Positions 1 to 13,148 of a DNA stretch of 64,000 nucleotides are shown here, in pieces. Under the pieces are notes generated by a model that was given only the letters and a program-made list of their open reading frames with translations, searched no databases and was not told the origin of the DNA. A program made the translations under genes and the position numbers. The DNA is taken from the NCBI GenBank assembly GCA_963845565.1, contig CAWJSJ010000002.1:2336001-2400000 (forward strand), read 5' to 3'. Source of the DNA: an uncultured Methylomirabilota bacterium. Its GTDB lineage: Bacteria > Methylomirabilota > Methylomirabilia > Methylomirabilales > 2-02-FULL-66-22. The stretch's first letter is position 1. Every line of letters begins with the position of its first letter.

Positions 1-214
1 AGGGCGCGTGCTGGAGATCGAGGCGCGACCGGCGGCGCAGGTGGTGCGTTCCGAGGTCCCGCTGGCAGAGCTGTTCGGCTATGCCACGGATATGCGCTCG
101 GCCACCCAGGGGCGCGCCAGCCATACGCCGTTCCAGTTTGCCCGGTACCAGCCGGTGCCGGCGCAGATCGCCGAGGAGATCGTCGCGAAGGTGGGTGGTC
201 GCACGGTCGCCTGA
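1..214 (+). CDS. fusA: Elongation factor G, C-terminal end (5' partial)
   Basis: EF-G domain V motif [21 protein letters not shown]; directly upstream of tuf. Confidence 0.92.
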   Translation, partial: GRVLEIEARPAAQVVRSEVPLAELFGYATDMRSATQGRASHTPFQFARYQPVPAQIAEEIVAKVGGRTVA

Positions 215-302
215 CCGCGGCGATCCCCAGATAGGTGCCCGCGCCGAGACGCGGGGAGGATGGGGGGCTCCGGCCCGGACGCCCCTGCAGGGAGACAGGC
301 AC

Positions 303-1505
<1,203 letters not shown>

Positions 1506-1558
1506 GGCGCACGGCAGACGAACGCGGCACAGGCCCAGAGCGGCCGTCAGGTACCCGA

Positions 1559-1867
1559 ATGGACAACCAGAAGATTCGCATCAAGCTGAAGGCGTACGAC
1601 CACCGACTGTTGGACCAGGCGGTGAAAGACATCGTGGGCACGGTGGAACGGTCCGGGGCGTTGATCTCCGGTCCCGTCCCCTTGCCGACCAAGATCAGCC
1701 GGTACACGGTGCTCCGTTCTCCCCACGTGGACAAGAAGTCGCGGGAGCAATTCGAGATCCGAACCCATGTCCGGATGATGGATATCGTGCAACCCACGCC
1801 GCAGACGGTGGACCAGCTCATGCGGCTGGACCTGCCGGCCGGAGTGGACGTCGAGATCAAACTCTAA
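1559..1867 (+). CDS. rpsJ: 30S ribosomal protein S10
   Basis: [29 protein letters not shown]. Confidence 0.99.
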   Translation: MDNQKIRIKLKAYDHRLLDQAVKDIVGTVERSGALISGPVPLPTKISRYTVLRSPHVDKKSREQFEIRTHVRMMDIVQPTPQTVDQLMRLDLPAGVDVEIKL

Positions 1868-1943
1868 GCGGTGTCCGGACCTTTTCGGGCGGCCTTTTCG
1901 AATTGACGAGGCGCCCGGCACCGGACCCATGGCGTGTGTGGCG

Positions 1944-2573
1944 ATGGCGATCGGGTTGGTAGGGCGCAAGGTCGGCATGACGCAAGTGTTTGACGAGCGC
2001 GGGAAGGCCGTGCCCGTGACGGTGATCCAGGCGGGGCCCTGTCCGGTGGTGCAACGGAAGACGACGGACCGGGACGGGTACGAGGCCATCCAGATCGGCT
2101 TCGAGTCGCAACCGAACAAGAACCGGGTCACCCGCCCCGTGCGGGGCCACTTTGACAAGGCGCAGGCGGCCTACCAGCGGTTCCTGCGGGAGATCCGCCT
2201 GGTCGGCGGCGAAGGCGAGCTCGCCGTCGGTCAGGTCTTGACCGTCAGCCTGTTCACCGCCGGCGAACGGGTGAGGGTGTCCGGCACCACCAAAGGGCGC
2301 GGATTTCAGGGCGGCGTGAAGCGCTGGAAGTACAAGGGCGGCCCGGAGACGCACGGGTCGATGTTCCACCGAGCGCCGGGCTCCATCGGGGCGTCGTCGT
2401 ACCCATCCCGGGTGTTCCGAGGACATCACCTGCCCGGCCACATGGGGGCGGAGCGCCAGACGGTGCGCGGTCTGCGGGTGGTGTCGGTGGATGCCGAGAA
2501 CAACTTGGTGCTGATCGAAGGGGCCGTCCCTGGGCCGACAGGCGGCGTGGTCACGATCCAGAAGGGCAAGTAA
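1944..2573 (+). CDS. rplC: 50S ribosomal protein L3
   Basis: GRKVGMTQVF, KGRGFQGGVKR, HRAPGSIG; start taken at ATG 1944. Confidence 0.97.
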   Translation: MAIGLVGRKVGMTQVFDERGKAVPVTVIQAGPCPVVQRKTTDRDGYEAIQIGFESQPNKNRVTRPVRGHFDKAQAAYQRFLREIRLVGGEGELAVGQVLTVSLFTAGERVRVSGTTKGRGFQGGVKRWKYKGGPETHGSMFHRAPGSIGASSYPSRVFRGHHLPGHMGAERQTVRGLRVVSVDAENNLVLIEGAVPGPTGGVVTIQKGK

Positions 2574-2621
2574 GGACCGAATTCCCTCCCGCGGCGAGCC
2601 CGGGGGGGACCGGATGGGCTG

Positions 2622-3251
2622 ATGGCGACAATCGTGGATGTGGTCAACGGAAAGAACGAGACGGTGGACCGCTGCGAGCTTCCCGAAGCGATCTTCGGAG
2701 CGCCCGTGAAACCGCATCTGCTCCACGACGTGGTGCGGATGCAGCTGGCGAATCGGCGCCAGGGCACGGCGGACACCAAGGGGCGGGCGGAGGTCAGCGG
2801 CGGTGGGAAGAAGCCCTGGAAGCAGAAGGGGACGGGTCGGGCCCGGGCGGGAACGACGCGGTCCCCGCTCTGGAGGCACGGCGGCACGGTGTTTGGGCCG
2901 CACCCACGCTCGTACGCCTACGAGGTCCCCAAGGCGGTTCGGCGACAAGCGCTGCTGGCGGCCCTGACGACCAAGGCGCAATCCGGGTCGGTCCGGATCG
3001 TGGAATCGCTGAGCTTGGAGCGGCCCAGTACCAAGACCATGGTGGGCCTCCTGAAGGGCGCCGGGGTGACCGGGAAGGCGTTGGTGGTCCTGCCGGCGCG
3101 GGACGAGGCGCTGGAGAAGTCGGCACGGAATCTGCCCACGGTGCGGGTCCTGACGGTCCAGGGGCTCAACGTCTACGACGTCCTCAGGGCGGACACCTTG
3201 GTCCTGACGCCGGAAGGTGTGCAGACCTTGCGGGAGGTGCTGGCGCCATGA
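2622..3251 (+). CDS. rplD: 50S ribosomal protein L4
   Basis: KPWKQKGTGRARAG motif; operon order. Confidence 0.98.
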   Translation: MATIVDVVNGKNETVDRCELPEAIFGAPVKPHLLHDVVRMQLANRRQGTADTKGRAEVSGGGKKPWKQKGTGRARAGTTRSPLWRHGGTVFGPHPRSYAYEVPKAVRRQALLAALTTKAQSGSVRIVESLSLERPSTKTMVGLLKGAGVTGKALVVLPARDEALEKSARNLPTVRVLTVQGLNVYDVLRADTLVLTPEGVQTLREVLAP

Positions 3252-3538
3252 AGGGAGCCTATCAGGTCGTGCAGAAGCCCCTCCTGACCGAGAAGGGGAC
3301 GCGGCTCCGGGAAGAAGGGAACCAGTTCCTCTTCCGGGTGGCGAAGCGCGCCAACAAGGTGGAGATCAAGCAGGCCATCGAAACCCTGTTCAAGGTCACG
3401 GTGGTGGACGTGCGAACGCTCCCAGTGCGCGGGAAGAAGAAGCGGCTGGGTAAATTCCAAGGGAAGCAAGCGGATTGGAAGAAAGCGATCGCGACTCTGA
3501 AGGCGGGCGATTCCATCGAGCTGTACGAAGGCGTGTAA
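3248..3538 (+). CDS. rplW: 50S ribosomal protein L23
   Basis: PLLTEKG, ANKVEIKQAIE, WKKAIATL. Confidence 0.98.
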   Translation: MKGAYQVVQKPLLTEKGTRLREEGNQFLFRVAKRANKVEIKQAIETLFKVTVVDVRTLPVRGKKKRLGKFQGKQADWKKAIATLKAGDSIELYEGV

Positions 3539-3571
3539 CGCAGAGCCGAGTGCCGAGAGAAGGACGCGACG

Positions 3572-4390
3572 ATGCCTGTACGCAAATACCGACCGACCTC
3601 CCCAGGACGACGGTTCCAGAGTGTCTCCACTTTCGAGGAGGTCACCAAGCGGACCCCCGAGAAGTCGCTGCTCACGCCCTTGCGCAAGACCGGCGGGCGG
3701 AATGCCCTGGGCCGGGTGACCTGTCGCCATCATGGGGGCGGCCACAAGCGCATGTACCGGCTGATCGATTTCCGGCGGGAGAAGTTGGGCGTGCCGGCCA
3801 AGGTGGTGGCGGTGGAGTACGATCCGAACCGCTCCTCCCGCATCGCCCTGCTGCATTACGCCGACGGCGAGAAGCGATATATCCTGGCTCCCCTCGGTCT
3901 GGCGGTCGGGGATCAGGTCATGTCCGGCCCGGACGCCGAGGTGCGGGTCGGGAACGCTCTGCCGTTGCGCAATATCCCGGTGGGCCTGAACGTGCACAAC
4001 GTAGAGCTCCAGCCCGGGCAGGGGGCACGCCTGGTGCGAACTGCGGGGGGGATGGCACAGTTCGTGGCCAAGGAGGGGGATCACGGCCTGCTGCGGTTGC
4101 CCTCCGGCGAGATGCGGAAGGTCCGGCTGGAGTGCATGGCCACGGTGGGCCAGGTGGGTAACCTGGAGCATGAGAACGTGTCCATCGGGAAGGCCGGCCG
4201 GTCGCGCTGGATGGGGGTCCGTCCCTCGGTACGCGGCGTGGCCATGAACCCCCATGACCACCCGATGGGTGGCGGCGAAGGGAAGAGCTCCGGCGGGCGC
4301 CACCCGTGCAGTCCCTGGGGGAAGCGCGAGGTGAAGACCCGGAAGCGGGGGAAGTTCTCCGATCGGTACATCGTGAAGCGGCGGAAGTAG
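3572..4390 (+). CDS. rplB: 50S ribosomal protein L2
   Basis: [24 protein letters not shown]. Confidence 0.99.
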   Translation: MPVRKYRPTSPGRRFQSVSTFEEVTKRTPEKSLLTPLRKTGGRNALGRVTCRHHGGGHKRMYRLIDFRREKLGVPAKVVAVEYDPNRSSRIALLHYADGEKRYILAPLGLAVGDQVMSGPDAEVRVGNALPLRNIPVGLNVHNVELQPGQGARLVRTAGGMAQFVAKEGDHGLLRLPSGEMRKVRLECMATVGQVGNLEHENVSIGKAGRSRWMGVRPSVRGVAMNPHDHPMGGGEGKSSGGRHPCSPWGKREVKTRKRGKFSDRYIVKRRK

Positions 4391-4447
4391 TCGGTCGCCC
4401 GGCGCGTCCCCCGGACACGGTCCGGTGGCGCGGCAGACGGAGGCAGC

Positions 4448-4732
4448 GTGGCGCGGTCACTGAAGAAGGGCCCGTACATCGAGCCCAAACTGGTCAAGCG
4501 CATCGACGACATGAACCGGGCGCGTGAGAAGAAGGTCGTCAAGACCTGGTCTCGGCGCTCGACGATCTCGCCCGAGTTCGTCGGGCACACGCTGGCAGTG
4601 CACAACGGGAAGAAGTTCATCCCGGTGTACGTCAGCGAGAACATGGTGGGGCATAAGCTGGGCGAGTTCTCGCCCACCCGCACCTTCCGCGGCCACAGCG
4701 CGCACACCGCCAAGAGCACCGCGCCGAAGTAG
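4448..4732 (+). CDS. rpsS: 30S ribosomal protein S19
   Basis: [31 protein letters not shown] start. Confidence 0.99.
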   Translation: MARSLKKGPYIEPKLVKRIDDMNRAREKKVVKTWSRRSTISPEFVGHTLAVHNGKKFIPVYVSENMVGHKLGEFSPTRTFRGHSAHTAKSTAPK

Positions 4733-4805
4733 CGGGGACGACAGATTGGCCCGTCGGGGGCGATCCGCCATAGGCGGATCCGGCGCCGGCGGCCGGGGTC
4801 ATGAC

Positions 4806-5153
4806 ATGGCAGAAGCCAGAGCAGTTGCGCGGTTTGTTCGGGTGCCGGCCCAGAAGGCCCGCCTCGTCGTGGATCTGATCCGAGGGAAGGACGTGAATAG
4901 CGCCTTGGTGCAGGTCCAGGTGGCAAAACGCCAGGCGGCGCGCCTCGTGGAGAAGGTTTTGCGGTCGGCCATGGCGAACGCCACACAGAACCACGGCGTG
5001 CGGGACGTGGACCGACTGGTGGTGAGCGAGGCCTTTGTGAACGAGGGGCCGACCCAGAAGCGCATCCAGCCTCGCGCCATGGGACGGGCCTTCCGGATCC
5101 GGAAGCGCAGCAGCCACATTACCATCGTGTTGCAAGAGCGCGGGCAGGGCTAG
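4806..5153 (+). CDS. rplV: 50S ribosomal protein L22
   Basis: [32 protein letters not shown] 4806. Confidence 0.97.
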   Translation: MAEARAVARFVRVPAQKARLVVDLIRGKDVNSALVQVQVAKRQAARLVEKVLRSAMANATQNHGVRDVDRLVVSEAFVNEGPTQKRIQPRAMGRAFRIRKRSSHITIVLQERGQG

Positions 5154-5215
5154 CAGTGGGCTTCGCCCCCGTTGCGGTCCGCGGCGCGGACCGAGGCGGG
5201 GCGAGGGAGGACGGC

Positions 5216-5950
5216 GTGGGACAGAAGACGCACCCCTTGGGATTTCGCTTGGGCGTCATCAAAACGTGGCGCTCGCGCTGGTACGCCGGCCGGAACTACG
5301 CCGACACGCTGCACGAAGACCTTCGGCTGCGGCGCTACATCAAGGAACGCCTCTTTCATTCGGGGGTGTCCCGTATCGAGATCGAGCGGAAGGCCGACCA
5401 GATCCGGATCATCATTCACACGGCGCGGCCCGGTATCATCATCGGGAAAAAGGGTTCCGAAGTCGAGAAACTCCGCGGCGAACTGGGAAAGATGACGAAG
5501 AAGGAAGTGCGGCTGGACATCGAAGAGGTCCGCAAGGCCGAGACGGACGCCCAGTTGGTGGCGGAGCAGATCGCGCAGCAGTTGGAGCGGCGGGTGGCCT
5601 TCCGCCGCGCCATGAAGAAGGCGGTCCAATCGGCCATGCGGCTGGGGGCCCAGGGGGTCAAGGTGGCGTGCGCCGGGCGACTGGCGGGGGCCGAGATTGC
5701 TCGGTCGGAATGGTACCGCGAGGGGCGCGTGCCCCTGCACACGCTGCGGGCCGATATTGACTTCGGGCTGACGAACGCCACGACCACATATGGGATCATC
5801 GGGGTGAAGGCCTGGGTGTTTCACGGCGAGGTCCTTCCCGAGACCCTGGGGGTCGAGACCAAACCGGCGGAGCGTTTGCGGGATACCCGCCCACCGGCCG
5901 ATCGCCAGCGGCGACGCCGGACGCCCGGCCCCTCACCGTCGCAGGGCTGA
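5216..5950 (+). CDS. rpsC: 30S ribosomal protein S3
   Basis: [28 protein letters not shown] 5216 after GGAGG. Confidence 0.98.
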   Translation: MGQKTHPLGFRLGVIKTWRSRWYAGRNYADTLHEDLRLRRYIKERLFHSGVSRIEIERKADQIRIIIHTARPGIIIGKKGSEVEKLRGELGKMTKKEVRLDIEEVRKAETDAQLVAEQIAQQLERRVAFRRAMKKAVQSAMRLGAQGVKVACAGRLAGAEIARSEWYREGRVPLHTLRADIDFGLTNATTTYGIIGVKAWVFHGEVLPETLGVETKPAERLRDTRPPADRQRRRRTPGPSPSQG

Positions 5951-5968
5951 CGAGGGTAGGAGCAACAG

Positions 5969-6391
5969 ATGCTGGTTCCCAAGCGGGTAAAGTACCGAAA
6001 GCAACAACGGGGCAGGCGGTCCGGACTGGCCATTCGGGGAAGTTCCCTGGCCTTCGGCGAGTACGGCCTGAAAGCCCTGGAGGCGGCCTGGATCACCAAT
6101 CGCCAGATCGAGGCGGCCCGCCGCGCCATGACCCGGTATGTGAAGCGGGGCGGCAAGGTGTGGATCCGGCTGTTCCCGGATAAGCCCATCACCCACAAGC
6201 CCGCGGAAACCCGTATGGGAAAGGGGAAGGGCGCGCCGGAAGGCTGGGTAGCTGTGGTCAAGCCCGGCCGCATCCTCTACGAGATGGAAGGGATTTCCGA
6301 GACCGAGGCGAAGGAGGCCATGCGGCTCGCCGCCATGAAGCTGCCCATCGCCACTCGGTTCGTGGCTCGGAAGCCGACGGGAGCCGTGTGA
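5969..6391 (+). CDS. rplP: 50S ribosomal protein L16
   Basis: [20 protein letters not shown]. Confidence 0.99.
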   Translation: MLVPKRVKYRKQQRGRRSGLAIRGSSLAFGEYGLKALEAAWITNRQIEAARRAMTRYVKRGGKVWIRLFPDKPITHKPAETRMGKGKGAPEGWVAVVKPGRILYEMEGISETEAKEAMRLAAMKLPIATRFVARKPTGAV

Positions 6392-6600
6392 TGAAGTACG
6401 CCGAGCTGAAGGACCTGACGACGGAGGAGCTCCGTCAGAAGGAGGCCGGGCTCCACGAGGAGCTGTTCAAGTTGCGCCTTCGCCAGGCCACGGCCCAGGT
6501 AGAGAATCCCATGCGAATCCGGCAGCTGCGCCGGGACATCGCCCGGATTCGGACGGCCCAGCGCGCCCTGACGGGATCGCTGGGCAAGGGAGGGTCATAG
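6388..6600 (+). CDS. rpmC: 50S ribosomal protein L29
   Basis: [24 protein letters not shown]. Confidence 0.97.
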   Translation: MMKYAELKDLTTEELRQKEAGLHEELFKLRLRQATAQVENPMRIRQLRRDIARIRTAQRALTGSLGKGGS

Positions 6601-6601
6601 G

Positions 6602-6862
6602 ATGGCGGAGGAGCGCGGCCGACGTCAAACGACCGTCGGCACCGTCGTCAGCGACAAGATGCAGAAGACGGTGGTGGTGGAGATTGCCCGGTTGGTGCGC
6701 CACCTGGGGTACAGCCGCATGGTGAGTCGCAAGACGCGGGTCAAGGCGCACGACGAGCAGGATGCGTGTCACGTCGGTGATACGGTCCGCCTGATGGAGA
6801 CACGACCGCTTTCGAAAGACAAGCGGTGGCGCGTAGTCGAGGTGCTGCAGAAGGCCGTCTAA
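6602..6862 (+). CDS. rpsQ: 30S ribosomal protein S17
   Basis: [25 protein letters not shown]. Confidence 0.98.
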   Translation: MAEERGRRQTTVGTVVSDKMQKTVVVEIARLVRHLGYSRMVSRKTRVKAHDEQDACHVGDTVRLMETRPLSKDKRWRVVEVLQKAV

Positions 6863-6928
6863 GGTATTTTCCGGCCCTCGGCGACCGCAGGCGGCGGACC
6901 GGGTCGGGGCGACAGACAGGGAAGAGCC

Positions 6929-7297
6929 ATGATCGGCCTCCGAACGATTCTGGATGTGGCGGACAATTCCGGGGCGAAGCGCATCTCGATTATCAAGGTC
7001 CTGGGAGGGTCCGCCAAGCGATACGCCCGGCTGGGCGATATCATCGTGGCGAATGTGAAGGAAGCGGTCCCCGACGGGTCGGTGCGGAAGGGGGCCGTGG
7101 TGAAAGCCGTGGTGGTCCGGACGGTGAAAGAGAAGCGCCGGCCCGACGGCAGCTACATCAAGTTCGACCGCAATGCGGCCGTCCTCATCGATGAACACAA
7201 CGATCCGGTCGGGACGCGGATCTTCGGTCCCGTGGCGCGTGAGCTACGGGAGGCCCGGTTCATGAAGATCATCTCCTTGGCACCGGAAGTCATCTGA
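6929..7297 (+). CDS. rplN: 50S ribosomal protein L14
   Basis: [27 protein letters not shown]. Confidence 0.99.
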   Translation: MIGLRTILDVADNSGAKRISIIKVLGGSAKRYARLGDIIVANVKEAVPDGSVRKGAVVKAVVVRTVKEKRRPDGSYIKFDRNAAVLIDEHNDPVGTRIFGPVARELREARFMKIISLAPEVI

Positions 7298-7335
7298 CAG
7301 GTCCGAGGCGGAGGCGCATTTCTCGGGAGTGGATC

Positions 7336-7665
7336 ATGGGCGTGGGACATCGGCTGGCAGTGCAAAAGAACGACCAGGTCGAAGTGATTGCCGGGAAGGA
7401 CAAGGGCAAGCGTGGCAAAGTCCTTCGCGTCCTTCCGAAGCTGGACAAGATCCTGGTCGAGAAGATCAATTTCGTCAAGCGGCACACCAAGCCGGGCGGC
7501 ATGAGCCAGCGGGGAGGGATTGTGGAGAAAGAGAATCCCCTGCATGTCTCCAACGTCCAGTTGGTGTGCGGGAAGTGCGACCGCCCGGTGCGGGTGGGAC
7601 GCACGCAACTAGCCGACGGACGGAGGGTCCGGGTGTGCCGCGAGTGCGGCGAGACAATGGAATAG
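7336..7665 (+). CDS. rplX: 50S ribosomal protein L24
   Basis: KOW motif VEVIAGKDKGKRGKV, PLHVSNV. Confidence 0.98.
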   Translation: MGVGHRLAVQKNDQVEVIAGKDKGKRGKVLRVLPKLDKILVEKINFVKRHTKPGGMSQRGGIVEKENPLHVSNVQLVCGKCDRPVRVGRTQLADGRRVRVCRECGETME

Positions 7666-7668
7666 GCC

Positions 7669-8319
7669 ATGGCGGATAAGTCGGAACGCAAGAGCCGCGC
7701 CGCAGCAGCGGCAAAGACGGAGAAGGGCGAAAAGCCGGGGAAGGGCAAGACCGAGGCGGCGCCGGTCGTTCCTCGGGTGCCCGCGCGGTTGCGGGCGCGG
7801 TTCCGCGCCGAGATCGCCCCGGCACTGATGCGGCAGTTCAATTACACGAATCGGATGCAGGTCCCCGAGGTCAAGAAGGTCGTGGTCAACATGGGCCTCG
7901 GCGAGGCGGTCGCCAATGTCAAGGTGATCGACACCGCGGTGGCCGAGATGGCGACCATTACCGGGCAGAAACCGGTCGTGACGCGGGCGAAGAAATCAGA
8001 GGCTGCGTTCAAGCTGCGTGCGGGAATGCCGATCGGTTGCAAGGTGACGCTGCGGGGCGAGCGCATGTACGAATTCCTGGATCGACTGCTGTGTATCGCG
8101 CTGCCGCGTATCCGCGACTTTCGCGGGGTGCCTGGCAAGTCCTTCGACGGGCACGGGAACTACTCCCTGGGGATCCGGGAGCAACTGATCTTTCCCGAGA
8201 TCCGGTACGACAAAGTGGAGGCGACCCGGGGCATGGATATCTGTATCGAGACGTCCGCCCGGACCGATGAAGAGGCCCGGGCCCTGCTGGAACACATCGG
8301 CTTTCCGTTTCGGAAGTAG
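7669..8319 (+). CDS. rplE: 50S ribosomal protein L5 (with charged N-terminal extension)
   Basis: [31 protein letters not shown]. Confidence 0.98.
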   Translation: MADKSERKSRAAAAAKTEKGEKPGKGKTEAAPVVPRVPARLRARFRAEIAPALMRQFNYTNRMQVPEVKKVVVNMGLGEAVANVKVIDTAVAEMATITGQKPVVTRAKKSEAAFKLRAGMPIGCKVTLRGERMYEFLDRLLCIALPRIRDFRGVPGKSFDGHGNYSLGIREQLIFPEIRYDKVEATRGMDICIETSARTDEEARALLEHIGFPFRK

Positions 8320-8331
8320 ACGAGAGGCGCC

Positions 8332-8517
8332 ATGGCGAAGACCAGCCTGAAGATCAAGCAACAGCGAACCCCGAAGTTCGCGGTGCGTCGGTACAACCGG
8401 TGCCGCATCTGTGGACGGCCTCGGGGGTATCTGCGAAAATTCCAGATGTGCCGGGTGTGTTTCCGGAACCTGGCCCTGCGCGGCGAGATCCCGGGAGTGA
8501 TCAAGGCGTCCTGGTAG
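8332..8517 (+). CDS. rpsZ: 30S ribosomal protein S14 type Z (Zn-binding)
   Basis: 61 aa, CRICGRPRG...CRVCFR. Confidence 0.97.
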   Translation: MAKTSLKIKQQRTPKFAVRRYNRCRICGRPRGYLRKFQMCRVCFRNLALRGEIPGVIKASW

Positions 8518-8549
8518 TCCCGGGCCTCCGGTGACCAGTGGAGTGGCGA

Positions 8550-8948
8550 ATGTCAATGACCGACCCGATCGCAGACATGTTGACCCGAATCCGAAACGCC
8601 AACCAAGCGTTGCTCGAGCGGGTGGACATCCCAGCCTCCCGCTTCAAGGTGGAACTGGCGAAGATCCTCAAAGCCGAGGGCTTCATCCGGGCCTACCGCC
8701 TGATCGACGACAAGAAGCAGGGCGTCCTGCGGGTGTATCTGAAGTTCGGCGCGGGAAACGAGCGGGTCATTCAGGGACTACGGCGCGTCAGTCGACCCGG
8801 GCTTCGGGTCTACCGGAAATCCCCGAAGATCCCTCGCACGGTGGGGGCGTTAGGTGTGGCGGTGGTGTCCACCCCCCAGGGCCTGATGACCGGGAAGGTT
8901 GCCCGGGAACGGGGTCTGGGCGGTGAGGTGCTGTGTTACGTGTGGTAA
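8550..8948 (+). CDS. rpsH: 30S ribosomal protein S8
   Basis: [36 protein letters not shown]. Confidence 0.98.
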   Translation: MSMTDPIADMLTRIRNANQALLERVDIPASRFKVELAKILKAEGFIRAYRLIDDKKQGVLRVYLKFGAGNERVIQGLRRVSRPGLRVYRKSPKIPRTVGALGVAVVSTPQGLMTGKVARERGLGGEVLCYVW

Positions 8949-9026
8949 GACCGATGGCCCCTCGCGGCGGCGGGCCCACCACGGGTCGGTCGGACGCGAG
9001 GACGGGCGGCGCGGAGTCTTAGACGT

Positions 9027-9569
9027 ATGTCACGCATCGGCAAGCTTCCAGTTCCCGTCCCCGATGGGGTGCAGGTGGAGATCCAGGGTCAGACCGTGAC
9101 GGTGCGGGGACCCAAAGGAACCCTGAGCCTGGCGGCACATTCCGCCGTACAGGTGCAGGTCGAGGATCGCAACATCCTGTGCCGCCGGTCGACGGACGAG
9201 AAGTTCCACAAGGCCCTTCACGGCCTCACCCGCAGCCTCCTCCGGAACATGGTGGACGGGGTGGTGAAGGGATTCGAGCGCCGGCTTGATCTGGTCGGTG
9301 TTGGGTACCGGGCCTCCCTGCTGGGGTCGGGTTACCTGAACCTGGCACTGGGGTACTCGCATCCCATCATCTACCCCATTCCGCAGGGGGTCAAGATCGA
9401 GGTCAAGGATCAGACCCAGGTCCTGATCAGCGGTATCGACAAGCAGTTGGTTGGGGCGGTGGCGGCCAAGATCCGGAGCTTCCGGCCGCCGGAACCCTAC
9501 AAGGGGAAGGGCGTCAAGTACGCCGAGGAACGGATCCGGCGGAAGGCCGGGAAGGCCGGCGCGAAGTAG
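9027..9569 (+). CDS. rplF: 50S ribosomal protein L6
   Basis: [22 protein letters not shown]. Confidence 0.99.
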   Translation: MSRIGKLPVPVPDGVQVEIQGQTVTVRGPKGTLSLAAHSAVQVQVEDRNILCRRSTDEKFHKALHGLTRSLLRNMVDGVVKGFERRLDLVGVGYRASLLGSGYLNLALGYSHPIIYPIPQGVKIEVKDQTQVLISGIDKQLVGAVAAKIRSFRPPEPYKGKGVKYAEERIRRKAGKAGAK

Positions 9570-9598
9570 CGTCCGCGCGGGCGAGGAGAGGGCGGCAG

Positions 9599-9967
9599 GT
9601 GGCACAGGTTCAAGCGAAGCGAGCAGCGCGCGAGCGCAGACATCAGCGCGTACGGAAGGTGGTCCAGGGCACGGCTGTGCGACCGCGACTCTGTGTGTTT
9701 AAGAGCCTGCGGCACATCTACGCGCAGATCATCAACGACGAGGAGGGCCGGACGCTGGTGGCGGCGTCGACCGCCTCGAAAGGGTTCCCGCCGGCGGGCG
9801 AGCGCTTGAAGAAGACCGAGGCGGCCAAGGTCGTGGGGACGTTGGTGGCCGACCGGGCGCTGGCGGCCAAGATCGAGACGGTGGTCTTCGACCGGGGCGG
9901 GTATCCGTTCCACGGGCGGATCAAGGCCCTGGCGACCGCGGCCCGGGATAGGGGGTTGAAATTCTGA
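9599..9967 (+). CDS. rplR: 50S ribosomal protein L18
   Basis: [31 protein letters not shown]. Confidence 0.98.
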   Translation: MAQVQAKRAARERRHQRVRKVVQGTAVRPRLCVFKSLRHIYAQIINDEEGRTLVAASTASKGFPPAGERLKKTEAAKVVGTLVADRALAAKIETVVFDRGGYPFHGRIKALATAARDRGLKF

Positions 9968-10497
9968 TGGGTGCCGCACGGACGGTCCAGCGCATCAATC
10001 CGGAAGGGCTGCGTCTCACCGAGCGCGTGGTTCACATTAACCGGGTCGCCAAGGTGGTGAAGGGCGGCCGCCGGTTCAGTTTTGCCGCCCTGGTGGTGGT
10101 GGGTGACCAAGGTGGGCACGTGGGCATGGGACTGGGCAAAGCCAACGAAGTGCCCGAGGCCATCCGGAAAGCCATCGAGGAGGCGAAGAAGGGTTTGGTG
10201 AAGGTGTCCCTCCGCGACACGACCATCCCGCACGAAATCCTGGGCCACTACGGCGCCGGGCGCGTGCTGCTCAAACCCGCCTCCGCGGGGACGGGGATCG
10301 TGGCCGGTGGGGCGGCCCGCTCGGTCCTGGAGGTAGTGGGGGTGCGGGACATCCTGTCGAAGTCTCTGGGCTCCGACAACCCCCACAACGTCGTCAAGGC
10401 GACGATCCAGGGCCTCAAGGAACTCCGGACGGTGCAGGATGTGGAGCGGGCCCGTGGGCGGGAGGTCGTCGCGGCGCCGGAAGGAGGGCGGTCGTGA
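9967..10497 (+). CDS. rpsE: 30S ribosomal protein S5
   Basis: [24 protein letters not shown]. Confidence 0.99.
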   Translation: MGAARTVQRINPEGLRLTERVVHINRVAKVVKGGRRFSFAALVVVGDQGGHVGMGLGKANEVPEAIRKAIEEAKKGLVKVSLRDTTIPHEILGHYGAGRVLLKPASAGTGIVAGGAARSVLEVVGVRDILSKSLGSDNPHNVVKATIQGLKELRTVQDVERARGREVVAAPEGGRS

Positions 10498-10712
10498 GCG
10501 GGCATCTCAAGATCACGCTCCGCAAGAGCCGGATCCACTCCACGCCCCGCCAGCGGGAAGTGCTGCGTGGGCTCGGTCTGGGCCGGGTGGACTCCAGCGT
10601 CGTCCGACAGGATGACGCCGCCATTCGCGGCATGGTGTTCAAGGTGGTCCACCTTGTGGAGGTGGAATCGGTGACCGACGCCGAGCATGGACCGGGGAGC
10701 AAACGGCGATGA
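10494..10712 (+). CDS. rpmD: 50S ribosomal protein L30
   Basis: [28 protein letters not shown]; operon order. Confidence 0.95.
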   Translation: MSGHLKITLRKSRIHSTPRQREVLRGLGLGRVDSSVVRQDDAAIRGMVFKVVHLVEVESVTDAEHGPGSKRR

Positions 10713-11158
10713 AACTGCACGAGTTGAACTCGCCCGCCGGGTCGCACCAGCGGCGGAAGATCGTGGGGCGCGGCCCGGGGTCGGGCCACGGGAAAACCTC
10801 CGGCAGAGGCGAGAAGGGGCAGAAGGCCCGCTCGGGCGGGAGCAGCCATCCGTGGTTTGAGGGCGGGCAGCTCCCGCTGCACCGGCGGGTTCCCAAGCGG
10901 GGGTTCGTCAACATCTTCCGGAAGGAGTACGCCGTCCTGAACGTGAAGGACTTGGAGCGCTTCGCGGCGGGGACGGCGGTGTCGCCGGCCACGTTTGTCG
11001 AGGCAGGCCTGGTGAAGCGGGCCGCCGCCGTCGGGGTCAAGGTGCTCGGGGAGGGCAGCCTGACGAAGCCGCTGACCGTGTCGGCGCACCAATTCTCGAA
11101 GGTCGCCGCGGAGAAGATCCGAGCGGCTGGTGGCACCGTCGAGGTCATCGGATCGTGA
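10709..11158 (+). CDS. rplO: 50S ribosomal protein L15
   Basis: [32 protein letters not shown]. Confidence 0.99.
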   Translation: MKLHELNSPAGSHQRRKIVGRGPGSGHGKTSGRGEKGQKARSGGSSHPWFEGGQLPLHRRVPKRGFVNIFRKEYAVLNVKDLERFAAGTAVSPATFVEAGLVKRAAAVGVKVLGEGSLTKPLTVSAHQFSKVAAEKIRAAGGTVEVIGS

Positions 11159-12462
11159 TCGAGCAGGTTCGGAACATCTTCCGCGTTCCCGAGCTGAAGC
11201 GGCGGGTCCTCTTCACCTGTGCGCTGCTCATCGTGTACCGTATCGGGGCCCACGTTCCCACGCCGGGCATCGACGCCCACGCGCTGTCCCAGTTCTTCCA
11301 GACGCAGGCCGGGAACCTGCTTGGGTTCTTCGACCTCTTCTCGGGCGGCGCGCTGCGGCGCCTTTCGGTGTTCGCCCTGGGCATCATGCCGTATATTTCG
11401 GCCTCGATCATCCTGCAACTCTTGGCGGTGGTGGTTCCCGCGCTGGAACGGCTGCAGAAGGAAGGGGAGCAGGGCCGAAAGAAGATCACCCAGTACACCC
11501 GATTCGGAACGGTCGGGCTGGCGGGGATTCAGGGGCTCGGGATCGCCATCGGCCTGGAGAGCATGCAGATCCAGGGCGCCATGGTTGTGCCGAGCCCGGG
11601 CTGGGGTTTCCGGCTGATGACCACCGTCACGCTCACCGCCGGGACCATTTTTCTGATGTGGCTCGGGGAGCAGATCAGCGAGCGCGGCATCGGCAACGGC
11701 ATTTCCCTGTTGATCTTCGCGGGGATCATCGTGCGCTTGCCCGAGGCCATCCTGGCCTCGTGGACGTTGATCACCCAAGGGGAAATGAATCCGCTGGTTT
11801 TCCTGCTCCTCTTGGTGTTGATGGTGGCGGTCGTGGCCGGGGTCATCCTGATGACCTTGGGGCAGCGGCGCATCCCGGTGCAGTATGCGAAGCGGGTGGT
11901 CGGCCGCCGGGTCTATGGCGGGCAGAGCACCCACATTCCACTCCGGGTCAACACGGCGGGTGTCATCCCAGTCATCTTCGCCAGTTCCATCATCGCGTTT
12001 CCCGCCACGGTGGCGCAGTTCATCGACCACCCCTGGGCGAACGCGGTCAAGAATTTTCTGGCCTTCGGCGGGATCCCGTACACCCTGATCTACGCCGGGG
12101 GGATCATCTTCTTCACGTATTTCTACACCGCCATCGTCTTCAATCCCAGCGACGTGGCGGATAACATGAAGAAGTATGGTGGATTCATCCCGGGCCTCCG
12201 GCCGGGCAGCAAGACGGCGGAGTTCATCGAGCGGGTGCTGGACCGGGTGACCCTGGTCGGGGCGTTGTATCTGGCCGGCATCTCCATCCTGCCGGAGATC
12301 ATGATCACCTGGATGAACGTCCCGTTTTACTTCGGCGGGACCTCGCTCCTGATCGTGGTGGGCGTGGCGCTGGACACCGTGCAGCAGGTCGAGTCTCATC
12401 TGTTGATGCGGCATTACGAAGGCTTCCTGAAAAAGGCGAAGGTGCGCGGTCGGATCAGCTAG
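11155..12462 (+). CDS. secY: Preprotein translocase subunit SecY
   Basis: [42 protein letters not shown]. Confidence 0.99.
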   Translation: MIEQVRNIFRVPELKRRVLFTCALLIVYRIGAHVPTPGIDAHALSQFFQTQAGNLLGFFDLFSGGALRRLSVFALGIMPYISASIILQLLAVVVPALERLQKEGEQGRKKITQYTRFGTVGLAGIQGLGIAIGLESMQIQGAMVVPSPGWGFRLMTTVTLTAGTIFLMWLGEQISERGIGNGISLLIFAGIIVRLPEAILASWTLITQGEMNPLVFLLLLVLMVAVVAGVILMTLGQRRIPVQYAKRVVGRRVYGGQSTHIPLRVNTAGVIPVIFASSIIAFPATVAQFIDHPWANAVKNFLAFGGIPYTLIYAGGIIFFTYFYTAIVFNPSDVADNMKKYGGFIPGLRPGSKTAEFIERVLDRVTLVGALYLAGISILPEIMITWMNVPFYFGGTSLLIVVGVALDTVQQVESHLLMRHYEGFLKKAKVRGRIS

Positions 12463-12500
12463 CCCGGGCTTCGGCCGGCGCGGAGTGCGAATCAGCGACG

Positions 12501-13145
12501 ATGCGAATCATTCTCTTGGGCCCTCCGGGCGCTGGCAAGGGGACGCAAGCAAAGCTGCTCGTCGAGCGGCTGGGCGTTCCGCAGATCTCCACCGGCGACA
12601 TGTTGCGGGCCGCGGTGAAGGCGGGCACCCCGCTGGGGCGCGAGGCCAAGGCGTACATGGACCGCGGGGCCCTTGTCCCGGATGGGGTGATCATCGGGTT
12701 GGTCCGGGAGCGGTTGCAGTCCACCGATTGCATTCGCGGGTACATCCTGGACGGTTTCCCCAGGACTGTGGCCCAAGCGGAGGCGCTCGAGAAGGCATTG
12801 CTGGACCTCCGCCTCAGCTTGGATCACGTCCTGTGCCTGGAGGTTCCCCCCGAGGATCTGGTCGTGCGCATCGCGGGCCGCCGGACCTGTCGGGCGTGCG
12901 GGGCGATGTTTCATGTGCGCTTTTCGCCGGCCAAACGCGACGGTGTCTGCGACGCGTGCGGCGGCGAGACGTACCAGCGGGACGACGATCGGGAGGATAC
13001 CGTCCGGCATCGGCTCGAGGTGTACGCTCAGCAAACGGAACCCCTGGTCCGGTTTTTCGAAGGGCGAGGGCTGCTTCGGCGCATCGCCGGGACGGGCGAG
13101 ATCCCCGAGATCTTCGCCCGGATGGTCGAGAGCCTGGGCGGCTGA
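12501..13145 (+). CDS. adk: Adenylate kinase (Zn-lid type)
   Basis: GPPGAGKGTQA, ISTGDMLR, LDGFPRT, CRAC/CDAC lid. Confidence 0.99.
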   Translation: MRIILLGPPGAGKGTQAKLLVERLGVPQISTGDMLRAAVKAGTPLGREAKAYMDRGALVPDGVIIGLVRERLQSTDCIRGYILDGFPRTVAQAEALEKALLDLRLSLDHVLCLEVPPEDLVVRIAGRRTCRACGAMFHVRFSPAKRDGVCDACGGETYQRDDDREDTVRHRLEVYAQQTEPLVRFFEGRGLLRRIAGTGEIPEIFARMVESLGG

Positions 13146-13148
13146 CGC